From Candidatus Latescibacterota bacterium (GTDB lineage: Bacteria > Latescibacterota > UBA2968 > GCA-2709665): DNA of 64,000 nt. Location of the stretch: the NCBI GenBank assembly GCA_965237675.1, contig OZ250150.1:2496001-2560000 (forward strand), read 5' to 3'. The notes under the pieces are model-generated. The model had not been told where the DNA came from. It was given only the letters and a program-made list of their open reading frames with translations, and searched no databases. Shown here piece by piece: positions 37,486-47,430 of this stretch. Made by a program: the position numbers and the translations under genes. Numbering within the stretch: the stretch's first letter is position 1; each line of letters starts with the position of its first letter.

Positions 37486-39735
37486 TCAAAACCCAAATCC
37501 GATTGCTGCATTAATCTTGATATCCTTTTTTTCATTGCTTACAATATCAACGCGAATGGGACCCAAAAGCGACGTGTAGACATAGCCCCCAATTCCAAGA
37601 CCGTGGATAGGGGTATAATCCTGCGTCGGGTTTGAACTCATATCATATAGTCCGCCCTGATAGAAAATTCCGATACCACTGCGTGGCACCGACTCCCAGA
37701 ATTTAACCTGTCTCCATATGGATATGCCGACCGATGCGAACCTGGCAACCCGCAGTTCATCCCGTTTGAGACCCACCACCGGCAATGCCGCGCTACTGAA
37801 GTGTCCCGCACCGCCCAGCGGGAAGAATTCGAATACCGGCGCAGGCTGTGTCACATAGCCTCCATGGGACCAGAGGCCCACACTCCATCGCGATCGGGGA
37901 CTGGCGAAGAACGCGAGTTGGGTTTGAACTTGCTTATGTGAAAACGTCCGATGAATCCATTTTGCCCGTGTGTGAAAATAGATGCCTCGCGTTGGCACCA
38001 TCGAGTCGTCTCGCGTGTCAATACCTGCGGATAACCAAAAGCCGGGTAGGTATTCGGACGCATCGCCAATTGAACTGGCAGCATAGCGGATACGTGCGTG
38101 CTCCACCTGGTACCCAACCTGGAAACCGCCCCAACTGTTGAACAGTGCCTGCAATCCAAGTCGCGAGCGAAAACGCCTTTCTTCGTACCCGCCCTGGCGT
38201 TGCCGATTTCGAAAATACAAACGCTCCTGATCCCAAACCTGAACCTCCCCCAGCAGACCAAATCGCCGGGAGGACCGGAAAATCATGACCAGTTCAGCGA
38301 AATTCAGATTGCCCACCATGCCGCGCAAATAAAGCTCCGATATGCGGCCAAGGGTATTCTGATGCGCGATCTCGCCCAGTACCGAAACCCGGTAATCGTT
38401 GTTGTAATGAATCCCCACTTTCAACTCGCTGGGGGGGTTTTCGAGCACGCGAAAAACCAATTCGGTCTGGCCTTCATGAAAGACAACATGGAAATCCACC
38501 GTTTGAAACAAGCCGGTCGCATGCAACCGGCCGCACTCGCGTTCCAGTTCCTGAAACGATATAGGCTTATTGACGAACTTTTCCAGGCGCAACCTGAACA
38601 AGGCCTTTGAATAACGCTTTACACCCTCTATCCGAGCCCGGTCGATTACGACATCCGGCGGTATATCCGCCCATGTACTGACATCAAACTCGACTGGCAA
38701 CCGGGATGTTCTCGGTTTTCCGACGCGTTTTGGTACTCCAAGCTTCTGCAATGCGGTCCAGATCGCGTCCAATTCCTTTTCGGTTGCGCTTTCACCAATC
38801 GGAATCAGCGTATACGACCGATTGAAATCGCCTCCATCGAATTTATCCAGGTCGGGCAAAATCAACACATGGGAGCGTTTTCGGTTTGCGATTTTTCTTT
38901 CTTCTATTCGAAAACTGACGGCCTGATCGATGACGTCGATAATATCCTGAATTTCGTCTTTCAGAGTACGCAGGGGCGTGGCGCAATCCACGGCAATGAC
39001 AAAATCGGCGCCGGCGTCCAGTGCGACGTCCACCGGCAGATTATTGACGATGCCGCCGTCTACGAGATGGGTATCTTCCGTACTCAGCGGTGCAAATACC
39101 CCTGGAACTGAAATACTCGCTCTGATCGCCGCACCGAGAGAGCCATTATCGAGCACGACCTGTTCTCCGGATAGTATATCTGTTGCAATTGCGCGAAAGG
39201 GCGTTGGAAGCCGATCAAAATCGTTTCGCGCCCGAAAAGTTGCGCCGAGGGTCAATCGATTCAAAAATTGATGAATCTTTTGCCCGGCAAAAATTCCATA
39301 GGGCAATTTCAGTTTCAGTTCTTCAAGGTGCAATGCAAGCATCTGACGGTCGGCCATCGGTTTGCGATTCATGTTCGACAGACGGCGGTCGGGGCTGTTG
39401 CTGGTAATCTCCCACCAGTCTGTCTCCAGAATAACGCGTTCGAGATCGTCAACGGAATATCCCGCGGCGTACAGTCCCCCCACCAGTGCGCCGTAACTCA
39501 CCCCCACAATCATGTCTATAGGTACGCCTTCGCGCTCGAGTACGCGCAACACGCCGATATGCGCCCCTCCGCGTGCGCCGCCCCCGCTCAGCACGACCGC
39601 GACACGGGGCCTCTGATTCGCAGACGAAGGTAGCGTGCTGAACGCGGCAAAACCGAAACACAATAATAACACGCTCCGGACGAATGGGCGCTGAACCCTC
39701 ACGCGTTTTTTCAGGTGGCATTTTTCGCCCGTCAT
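37486..39735 (-). CDS. Patatin-POTRA-Omp85 barrel phospholipase (PlpD-like, type Vd)
   Basis: LSGGGARGGAHIG, GVSYG nucleophile, VDGG, a POTRA-like segment and terminal IGFGF. Confidence 0.88.
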   Translation of the reverse strand: MTGEKCHLKKRVRVQRPFVRSVLLLCFGFAAFSTLPSSANQRPRVAVVLSGGGARGGAHIGVLRVLEREGVPIDMIVGVSYGALVGGLYAAGYSVDDLERVILETDWWEITSNSPDRRLSNMNRKPMADRQMLALHLEELKLKLPYGIFAGQKIHQFLNRLTLGATFRARNDFDRLPTPFRAIATDILSGEQVVLDNGSLGAAIRASISVPGVFAPLSTEDTHLVDGGIVNNLPVDVALDAGADFVIAVDCATPLRTLKDEIQDIIDVIDQAVSFRIEERKIANRKRSHVLILPDLDKFDGGDFNRSYTLIPIGESATEKELDAIWTALQKLGVPKRVGKPRTSRLPVEFDVSTWADIPPDVVIDRARIEGVKRYSKALFRLRLEKFVNKPISFQELERECGRLHATGLFQTVDFHVVFHEGQTELVFRVLENPPSELKVGIHYNNDYRVSVLGEIAHQNTLGRISELYLRGMVGNLNFAELVMIFRSSRRFGLLGEVQVWDQERLYFRNRQRQGGYEERRFRSRLGLQALFNSWGGFQVGYQVEHARIRYAASSIGDASEYLPGFWLSAGIDTRDDSMVPTRGIYFHTRAKWIHRTFSHKQVQTQLAFFASPRSRWSVGLWSHGGYVTQPAPVFEFFPLGGAGHFSSAALPVVGLKRDELRVARFASVGISIWRQVKFWESVPRSGIGIFYQGGLYDMSSNPTQDYTPIHGLGIGGYVYTSLLGPIRVDIVSNEKKDIKINAAIGFGF

Positions 39736-39875
39736 CTGGTTCCCTGAATGAGATGGATTCGACCGCCTTTGAGGTCGCACTTCGGAAAAACAACCTGAAT
39801 GATTCAGCGCGCCGGGGTCTGAGGACCGTTCGTTTCAAGGTAATGTGGAATGATGAGCCCGGAATCTCCAATACG

Positions 39876-42122
39876 TCAAAACGCAAATCCGATTGACGTA
39901 TAAACCTCGATATCCTTTCTTTGCGTGCTCACAATATCAATGCGAATGGGGCCAAAAATCTTCGTGTTGATATAACCCCCGATACCAAAACCATGAATGT
40001 TGGTATATGGCTGATCCGTATAGGCAGGAAAATAGTACCGCCCGCCCTGATAGAAAACGCCAATAGCGCTGCGCTGTATGGATTCCCAGAATCTCAGGTG
40101 GCTCCAAATAGAAATGCGCGCCGATACGAACCTGAAAGCTGAAAGTTCGTCTCGCCGGAGACCGACAACGCGCAATGCTGCGCTGCTCAAGTGTCCTGCA
40201 CCACCCAGCAGGAAGTTTTCATCAATCGGTGCGGGCTGTGTCACGTAGCCTCCGTGAGACCAGAAGCCCACACTCAGCTGCGGATGGGGGCTGGCGAAGT
40301 ACGCGAGCCGTGTCTGCACCTGCTTGTGTGAAAATGTCCGATGGACCCATTTTGCCTGCGTTTTAAAATAGAAGCCTTGTCTTGGCACAAACACATCGTC
40401 GCGCGTGTCGATACCTGCAGATAGCCAAAGGGCGGGTAGATAGTCGGACTCATATTCCTGGCGCTCATCGCGAATGAGCATATGCTCAAGTTGATACCCC
40501 AGGTTGATACCTCCCCAGCTATGGGACAGAATCTGCATGCCCAATCGCCCGCGAAGACGCCTCTCGTAATACGTTTGCTGGGGTTCTCCTTCATAATATG
40601 CCACCCGTTCTTGTTTCCAGCCGTGAATCTCCCCGAGAAGACTCAGCCCCTTGAATGAGCGAAAAACCAAATCCAATTCACCAAACTTCATGGTAGAGCC
40701 CAATAAACCGCGCAAATAAAACTCTACTACACGGCCATAGACATTTTGGTGTGCAAGCTCGGCCAGTGCCGAAACCCCAAAATCGTTGTCGTAACGAAGT
40801 CCCATTTTCAATTCACTTGGGGGGTTTTCAAGCACCTGAAAAACCACTTCGGTATAGTCTTCATGATAGATAACCTGGTAATCGACCGTTTGAAATAATC
40901 CCGTCGCATATAACCGGCCGGATTCACCTTCCAGTTCTCGAAACGACGTTGGCTTATTAATGAACTTTTCCAACCTTGCAATGGAAATGCCCCTTGTGTA
41001 GCGCTCCAAACCCTCAATCCGCACCTGGTCGATGACAATATCCGATGGTATATCGGCCCAGGTTCTAAAGTCGAAATCATCCGGCAATATCGACGTTCTT
41101 GACTTTCCAGCGCGTTTTGAAATGCCGAGCTCTTGCAGCGCTTTCCGGATCGCATCCAGATGTTTTTCGGCTTCTTCCTCGCCAATCGGGATCACAGTAT
41201 GGGACCGATCGAAATTGCCGCTGTCAAATCCTTTTAAATCGGGCACCATCAACACATGGGCAAGTTTTCGATTTACCATTTTCTTTTCTTCGATTCGAAA
41301 ACTGACAGCCTGATCGATGACGTCGATAAAATTCTCGAATTCGTGCATTTGAGTGCGCAAAGGGGTGGCACAATCCACGGCAATAACCAGATCAGCGCCG
41401 GCGTCCAATGCGACGTCTACAGGCAGATTGTTGACAATGCCGCCATCCACAAGAAGGGTTTGTCCTGTACTCACAGGCACAAATACCCCGGGGATAGAAA
41501 TACTCGCTCTGATTGCCGCGCCGAGCGAGCCGTCTTTTAGAACGACCTGTTCGCCAGCTACAATATCTGTTGCAATTGCGCGAAAAGGCGTTGGAAGGCG
41601 ATCGAAATCGTTTCGCGCCCGGTAGGTTGCGCCTATTGTCAATTGATAGAGAAAATGCTGGATTTTTTTGCCGGCAAAAATCCCATAGGGCAATTTCAGA
41701 TCCAATTTATCGACGCGCAATGCAAGCATCTGGCGATCAACTATCGGTTTGCGATGCAAATTCAACAGACGGCGGTCAGGGCTGTTGCTGGTCATTTCCC
41801 ACCAATCTGTTTCTACAACAATGCGTTCGAGATCATCAACAGAATATCCGGCAGCATACAATCCTCCCACCAAAGCGCCATAACTCGCGCCCACGATCAA
41901 ATCGATGGGTATGCCTTCGCGCTCGAGTACGCGCAACACGCCGATATGCGCCCCTCCGCGTGCGCCGCCCCCACTCAGCACGACCGCGACACGGGGCCTC
42001 TGATTCGCAGACGAAGGTAGCGTGCTGAACAGGGCAAAACCGAAACACAATAATAACACGCTCCGGACGAATGGACGCTGAACGGTTCCGCATTCTGTCG
42101 CGTGTATTTTCTCGCCCATCAT
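39876..42122 (-). CDS. Patatin-POTRA-Omp85 barrel phospholipase (PlpD-like), tandem paralogue
   Basis: LSGGGARGGAHIG, GASYG, VDGG and terminal IGFAF; colinear with the neighbouring gene. Confidence 0.88.
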   Translation of the reverse strand: MMGEKIHATECGTVQRPFVRSVLLLCFGFALFSTLPSSANQRPRVAVVLSGGGARGGAHIGVLRVLEREGIPIDLIVGASYGALVGGLYAAGYSVDDLERIVVETDWWEMTSNSPDRRLLNLHRKPIVDRQMLALRVDKLDLKLPYGIFAGKKIQHFLYQLTIGATYRARNDFDRLPTPFRAIATDIVAGEQVVLKDGSLGAAIRASISIPGVFVPVSTGQTLLVDGGIVNNLPVDVALDAGADLVIAVDCATPLRTQMHEFENFIDVIDQAVSFRIEEKKMVNRKLAHVLMVPDLKGFDSGNFDRSHTVIPIGEEEAEKHLDAIRKALQELGISKRAGKSRTSILPDDFDFRTWADIPSDIVIDQVRIEGLERYTRGISIARLEKFINKPTSFRELEGESGRLYATGLFQTVDYQVIYHEDYTEVVFQVLENPPSELKMGLRYDNDFGVSALAELAHQNVYGRVVEFYLRGLLGSTMKFGELDLVFRSFKGLSLLGEIHGWKQERVAYYEGEPQQTYYERRLRGRLGMQILSHSWGGINLGYQLEHMLIRDERQEYESDYLPALWLSAGIDTRDDVFVPRQGFYFKTQAKWVHRTFSHKQVQTRLAYFASPHPQLSVGFWSHGGYVTQPAPIDENFLLGGAGHLSSAALRVVGLRRDELSAFRFVSARISIWSHLRFWESIQRSAIGVFYQGGRYYFPAYTDQPYTNIHGFGIGGYINTKIFGPIRIDIVSTQRKDIEVYTSIGFAF

Positions 42123-42405
42123 CTGGTTTCCTGCATGAGATGGATTCGACCGCTTTTTGGGTCACACATCGCAATACCGATCTGTATGATCCAGCGCGCC
42201 GTGATGAGGCGCGGAACTACAGAGGGTGGGCGTCCCACCGGACAACTGCCGAAGACGCTGGGGATGCGCCTGTCTTCGTTGAAATTGAAGAGGCTCCGAT
42301 GTAAATTGGAAACGTCACCCGACTGGTGTCCCGTCCCGGAAATAGGTCACCATTCATCCGCCTGTCTGCGTGCGTGAGACAGCACGCACAGGCAGGCCGA
42401 TTCAT

Positions 42406-42478
42406 CCCGACTCGCTACGTTCCCTTCGCTCACCGACCTTGCGCAGGTCAGACTCGCTCAGGCGCCTTGCGAGTCGGG
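42406..42478. repeat. Nested inverted repeat
   Basis: Outer stem CCCGACTCGC/GCGAGTCGGG, inner stem GACCT/AGGTC, and two TCGCTC boxes. Confidence 0.6.
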
Positions 42479-43217
42479 CAACTCGACGGCCGAATTAAGG
42501 CAATCTATTTCCGGGACAGAACACTAAAGGAAACTGTATCCGCAACCATGGGAGCCTGCGTTGGGAAGGTATCATCGAATTTCCCTGACGTCAAGTTGAA
42601 TGGGGATGGCGATTCAACCACTGAAACGGTCCTTGAGAAAGAGGTAAGAGACATTGGCGCTCCTGTGCACAAGGGTATTGCCACGTTCTGCTATGCGCTC
42701 TACATTGCTCTCCTATCCTTAAAGGGGAATTGTCTTGATGTAGACACAGAGGACTGGCGGAATTCGGGTGGCTTCCAACCATTCCCCTTGTCTGGAAAGC
42801 CGCCTGATCACGCACCTTGACGAACGAAAGCGCCAGGTAAACATCAGGCGGGGTGAACCGTGTCTTCATCTGCCACCCCGCCACGTTTCAGGCGCCCAAA
42901 AGCTGTCGCGTAAACGATAAACGAAGTCCGATATAATTAGCAGCAATAGAATCATGTGAAAACGTCTATGATGTCAAGGTTGAAAGCTTGTCGAATGGTA
43001 CAAAATTTGCCCTGGACTCCACTTTCTTGCGATTTTTAGACGCATCGTTTCAATATCCCGCTTTTTCCGGGGAACTGGTCAGGATCGTGTGGCGTGGATC
43101 GACTCCAGGTGGGAACCCGACCCGGGTGTAGTCGGCGGAATGGACAGTCGCCTCTGGAGTTCATTCAAACGGGCTGGACTTTCGCCGGATTCCAGAATTT
43201 TTGTCAGGAGGTAAGAT

Positions 43218-46200
43218 ATGTTAAATCTGGCATTGTACAGAAATGGCAGCCGGCCGTACGTGAGCAGCATTTCGTACAACCACCACGCGTCCAGGATCAA
43301 CGATGGAATCAGGCCGGACGAGCAGGCCTCCACGAGCGATACGGCCTGGGCCTCGGCTTCGGAACGATTGCCGCAGTGGGCGGCGGTTGTGTTTCCGAGC
43401 CTCGCCCGGGTTGACCGGTTGGTGATTTACTGGGGGAAGGGACGTTTGCCCGAGTCCTCCCGCAAGGTCGAAATTCAGGGCCGGGTTGGAGGTGCGTGGG
43501 TTGCCATCGCGGCGCGGGACATCCCGGAGCCCGAGCGGAAGACGGTGTTTGTTTTCAATCCCGTGCAGGTCGAGGCGGTACGGATATGGCAGGACGTGGA
43601 CTGTGGCGCGGAAGCGGCGCCGGGACGGATGCACGTGGCTCAGTTCGAGGTCTACGGTGCCTTCGTGGAAGGTCCAGCGGTGGATTGTCTGAAGATCCGG
43701 GATGCGCTCCGGGAGGAATGGGAGGACAATTTTCGAGCGGCAAGACGGGAGATCACGCGGGAGGTGTTGGACCGCATCGATCGGTCGCCCGGGGAACGTC
43801 CGTCGGTCGGGCCGGTGGGAGCGGACGAAATCGCGCGGGCGCGGCGGAACCGGGCTGCGACGGTGTGGGGCAGGAAGCAGGCGGAGAAGATCCTGAAAGA
43901 CGCGTCGTGGTGGTTGGACAAGGGCGATGAGTTTATCTACGGGATGATACCCACGCGGAATCCGCGAGCGATTTCGCCGAGTTACGAGCGGGGTTGTCCG
44001 ATCCACGGCGGAGGTCGCAAATGCATGCGGACGAATACGGCGCTGGAGTACCGGTGGCAGTGCGTAAACGGTGGGGAGTGGTGGTACAATGGAGCGGTCG
44101 TGGAGAATCCGTCCACGGGAGAGCCTGTGGAGGTGTGGGACGACGACGATGGATGGACCGCACCGGAGGGTTTCGCCCACCCGGGTACGATCTACCATTT
44201 CAATTCGGCGTGGCGCTACTATGTTCTTTCCAGGCTGTTTTTCCATCCGTACGAGTTGACGATTGCGTCTGAAGATGCGTATACGGGGGATACGGCCATC
44301 GTGCAGTTGTCCCATGCCTACGCGATAACGGGCGACGAGCGGTATGCCCATATCGTCGGAGTCATGCTCAACAGGCTGGCGGAAGTCTACCGTTTCTACA
44401 ATGGAACGGTGGACGAGCAGCGGCCGTTGACGCGAGGGTATCTGGTTCAGGTGAGTTGGGAGGAGAATCCGATTTACGACTGCATGGCGGCTTACGACCT
44501 GGTGATGGATTCGATGTTGAAAGACGAAGCGCTCCTCGCATTTTTCAGGTCCAGGGGCAACTGTGACTACAACCGGGACGGTCGAGTGGATTTTGAGGAC
44601 ATTCGGTACAATATCCGGCACAATCTGTTTGGCTACATGTATGAGTGGCTGCACCGGGCAATGGCGATTCAGAAAGGGGACTATATCATCCGGGAGGGAA
44701 TGGTGCTCTGGGCGCTGGGCGCCGTGCTTGGAAACGAGGAACTGGTCGAAGAGGCCACCGACGGACGTTACGGGCTGGCCGTGAATATGTCCAACAACAC
44801 GTTCCGGGACGGAAAGTGGTGGTACGATTCCCCCGGCTATGCCGTGGGAGCGGTGACGCAGGTAATTCTGGATCGCCTGTTTTCGATGAAGGGCACGGAA
44901 CGGATCGAGGATCACGGGCTGCGGATCAGAGAATCTATCGAGTTCGCCCGAAACATCGTATGCGACGGCCGGATTCCGGCAATTGGCGATACGGGCGGCG
45001 CGGATTCGAGGATGAAGGTGCTGAATCCGTTCGCGAACTGCGAAATCGACGAACTGGCCTACATACATACCGGGGATGGGGCCTATCGAAATCGGCTGCT
45101 TTCGCTTTCAGAAGGGAACGTGGACCGGATCAGGGAGCGGTACGCCGATGCCAACCTGCTGTTTCATGCCGATCCGATCCGAGGGAAGTCCCGGCCTTTT
45201 GTGCCGCGAACGACGGTTTTTCATGATTCAGGGATTGCGATCCTGAGGACGGGAGCGAACATCGCGTCGCGGAAGCACCTGGTGTTGAATTACGGAAAGG
45301 GCAACGGCGGCCACGGTCACCGGGACAAGCTGGGGATCAACCTCATCACGTACGGTTATGATCTGGCGTGTGATCTGGGTTATCCGACCACGTTTACACA
45401 CAAGAAAGTGGACGGTTGGGAGAAGCACACCGCCAGCCACGCGACCGTTTGCATCGACGGGCAGGCTCAGGAGATTGCCACGGGCAGCCTGCGGTTCTAC
45501 GGGCGGACGCCAGGAATGCAGGCCATCTGCGCATCCGGAGAAACGGCGTATCCGGGATGCGCGGAGGTGTACGAACGGACCCTTGTGATGGTGGATGCGC
45601 CAGGCTCCGACGCGTATGTCGTCGACCTGTTCCGCGTGAGCGGTGGAACGACACACGACTATATGTTCCGGAGCCTGAGCGGGGATGACGGCGAGGACTT
45701 CAGGATGGAATTTCCCGAGGCCGCGGAGCCGTTGCGCCAGGTGCGGGGGACCGCCGCGGGGGAGGATGTCGCATTTGGCACCGCGCCAGGATTGGGATTT
45801 ATCAGGGATGTCGGCCGGACGGTCTGTGATGGGTTGTGGTCCGCCACGTGGCGGGTCGGCGATGAGGAGAATACGGGCATACGGCTGACGATGCTGGGGG
45901 ATCGCAATCGGGAGATTATCAACGGGAAGGGCGAGGGATACGGATTTTTCGGGCAGAGCCCGTGGGATGCGTGCGTGGCCGTCCGGCATGCGAGCGATGG
46001 CGGCGAAACGATTTTCGCGGGCGTACTGGAGCCGTTTCAGGGCGACACCTTCGTCAAGTCGGTGGAAGCATTGAGCGTCGCCGGCGGCATCGGCGCGAAG
46101 GTATGCCTCGATGGAAGAACCGACTACGTGTTTCGCCGATTGCAGAACGGTTCGGTTTGTACAGCGGTGATCGACGGGGACCACGTGGCGTTCGACGCGG

Positions 46201-46859
46201 AGGTGGCGAGGATTACCGTGTATGAGTCGGGCGGGTGTGATTTGCAGATCGTACAGGGGGTCCGGTTGCGATTTGGAGACGAGGTCCTCGAGGGCGCTGC
46301 GTTACCGGCCGGCCGGGTGGATGCCGTCGATCCGGAAGACCGGTCAGTCGATGTGACCATGGATTCCGGAGACGGGATTGTGGAAGGGGATGTTATCGTT
46401 TTCAGGAATCCAGCCTATATCTGCAATTCAAGTTACGAGGTGATCCACGCTGAAGCGATGGATGGAAACCGGCACAGGGTCCGGTTGAACATGTCGCTGA
46501 ATCTGTCGGAGGGCACCGTGCGATCCGTAGACCGGGAGACAGGGTTGTTCGCGACCGACACCTGTATGACCAAGCTGGAAGTCTGTCCCGGACTGTTCGA
46601 CGGAAAGGCGATCCACTCGGCCGGTGAAGCCGTTGGTCCAATCGAGGCGGCCGGTCCCGACATTCCGGGGCCGGAAGAACGGCCGTTTGCGAGCGGGAAG
46701 GGCAGCGGCGATCCGGCGGCCGGTACGTTGAACTATTTCCGGTTCCACGATCACCCCTCGGGATCCGGCGTAAATGTGGGGGACCGGTTCATGGTGTGCG
46801 ACCTGAATGCGGGCGATCGGTTCGAGGTGATGCGATCGGCTCACAGAGCAGTGCGGTAG
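43218..46859 (+). CDS. Heparinase II/III-like polysaccharide lyase with an N-terminal discoidin/F5-8C-like domain
   Basis: N-terminal NLAL...INDG...W...LPQW discoidin pattern; GHGHRDKLG, DLGY and TASHATVCIDG typical of Hepar_II_III; RBS AGGAGG. Confidence 0.75.
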   Translation: MLNLALYRNGSRPYVSSISYNHHASRINDGIRPDEQASTSDTAWASASERLPQWAAVVFPSLARVDRLVIYWGKGRLPESSRKVEIQGRVGGAWVAIAARDIPEPERKTVFVFNPVQVEAVRIWQDVDCGAEAAPGRMHVAQFEVYGAFVEGPAVDCLKIRDALREEWEDNFRAARREITREVLDRIDRSPGERPSVGPVGADEIARARRNRAATVWGRKQAEKILKDASWWLDKGDEFIYGMIPTRNPRAISPSYERGCPIHGGGRKCMRTNTALEYRWQCVNGGEWWYNGAVVENPSTGEPVEVWDDDDGWTAPEGFAHPGTIYHFNSAWRYYVLSRLFFHPYELTIASEDAYTGDTAIVQLSHAYAITGDERYAHIVGVMLNRLAEVYRFYNGTVDEQRPLTRGYLVQVSWEENPIYDCMAAYDLVMDSMLKDEALLAFFRSRGNCDYNRDGRVDFEDIRYNIRHNLFGYMYEWLHRAMAIQKGDYIIREGMVLWALGAVLGNEELVEEATDGRYGLAVNMSNNTFRDGKWWYDSPGYAVGAVTQVILDRLFSMKGTERIEDHGLRIRESIEFARNIVCDGRIPAIGDTGGADSRMKVLNPFANCEIDELAYIHTGDGAYRNRLLSLSEGNVDRIRERYADANLLFHADPIRGKSRPFVPRTTVFHDSGIAILRTGANIASRKHLVLNYGKGNGGHGHRDKLGINLITYGYDLACDLGYPTTFTHKKVDGWEKHTASHATVCIDGQAQEIATGSLRFYGRTPGMQAICASGETAYPGCAEVYERTLVMVDAPGSDAYVVDLFRVSGGTTHDYMFRSLSGDDGEDFRMEFPEAAEPLRQVRGTAAGEDVAFGTAPGLGFIRDVGRTVCDGLWSATWRVGDEENTGIRLTMLGDRNREIINGKGEGYGFFGQSPWDACVAVRHASDGGETIFAGVLEPFQGDTFVKSVEALSVAGGIGAKVCLDGRTDYVFRRLQNGSVCTAVIDGDHVAFDAEVARITVYESGGCDLQIVQGVRLRFGDEVLEGAALPAGRVDAVDPEDRSVDVTMDSGDGIVEGDVIVFRNPAYICNSSYEVIHAEAMDGNRHRVRLNMSLNLSEGTVRSVDRETGLFATDTCMTKLEVCPGLFDGKAIHSAGEAVGPIEAAGPDIPGPEERPFASGKGSGDPAAGTLNYFRFHDHPSGSGVNVGDRFMVCDLNAGDRFEVMRSAHRAVR

Positions 46860-47106
46860 TGCTGCCTGCGGCTCACATTCGTGGGATGGTGGATCGCGGA
46901 ACTGCACAAAAAATGGCCATTACCAGAGGCCCCGAGGTAGTGGTATCTGCGGGCTGACAATCGATTGAACGATTCTCAGGTGCCGCTAAAGGTTGGCTAC
47001 TTCTGGTGCCTGGGCAATGGCTTGCGGGACAAGATAGACCGGCATGAACGGGATGTCAATGAGAAAACGCCCATCCATCCGATACCCCTTGTGGTCCCGT
47101 TTTCTC

Positions 47107-47430
47107 CTATGCCAACTTCCCATGGACCGCAATCCAGATGCAGGGTGGATCCGCGCTTGTGTGTTCCACGCGGTGTCTCTTATGGGCCGGAATGAGAAGA
47201 TGGTCGCCCGCGCGCAGTTCCAGGGTCCGGCCGTCTTCAAAGGCCAGGACGGCGTCGCCCTGGAGAAGGACGACCTATTCGTCCCGTTCCTGCTCGTACC
47301 ATCCCCCGGGCGGGGTGGCCTGGCCGGTGGAGACGATGCGTTCGATGAGCACACCGCGATCGGGAATAAGGCGGGTGAACTGCTCTTCATTCCCGACACG
47401 GGTCGGTAGATCGTAGATATTGGCGGTCAT
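47107..47430 (-). pseudogene. Cupin domain protein interrupted by an in-frame TAG
   Basis: Manual translation gives MTANIYDLP...IERIVSTGQATPPGGWYEQERDE*VVLLQGDA...IPAHKRHRVEHTS...WIAVH. The TAG at 47275-47277 sits where Trp is expected. Confidence 0.8.

Noticed and set aside
42591-42884. IS3 integrase tail (TPPDVY)
   Set aside because: Only a six-residue resemblance, with no DDE core or terminal repeat.
43221-45068. 615 aa minus-strand ORF
   Set aside because: Antisense shadow of the heparinase-like gene.
47275-47277. Pyrrolysine or amber recoding
   Set aside because: The position corresponds to a conserved Trp, and TAG is used as a normal stop by several genes in the window.
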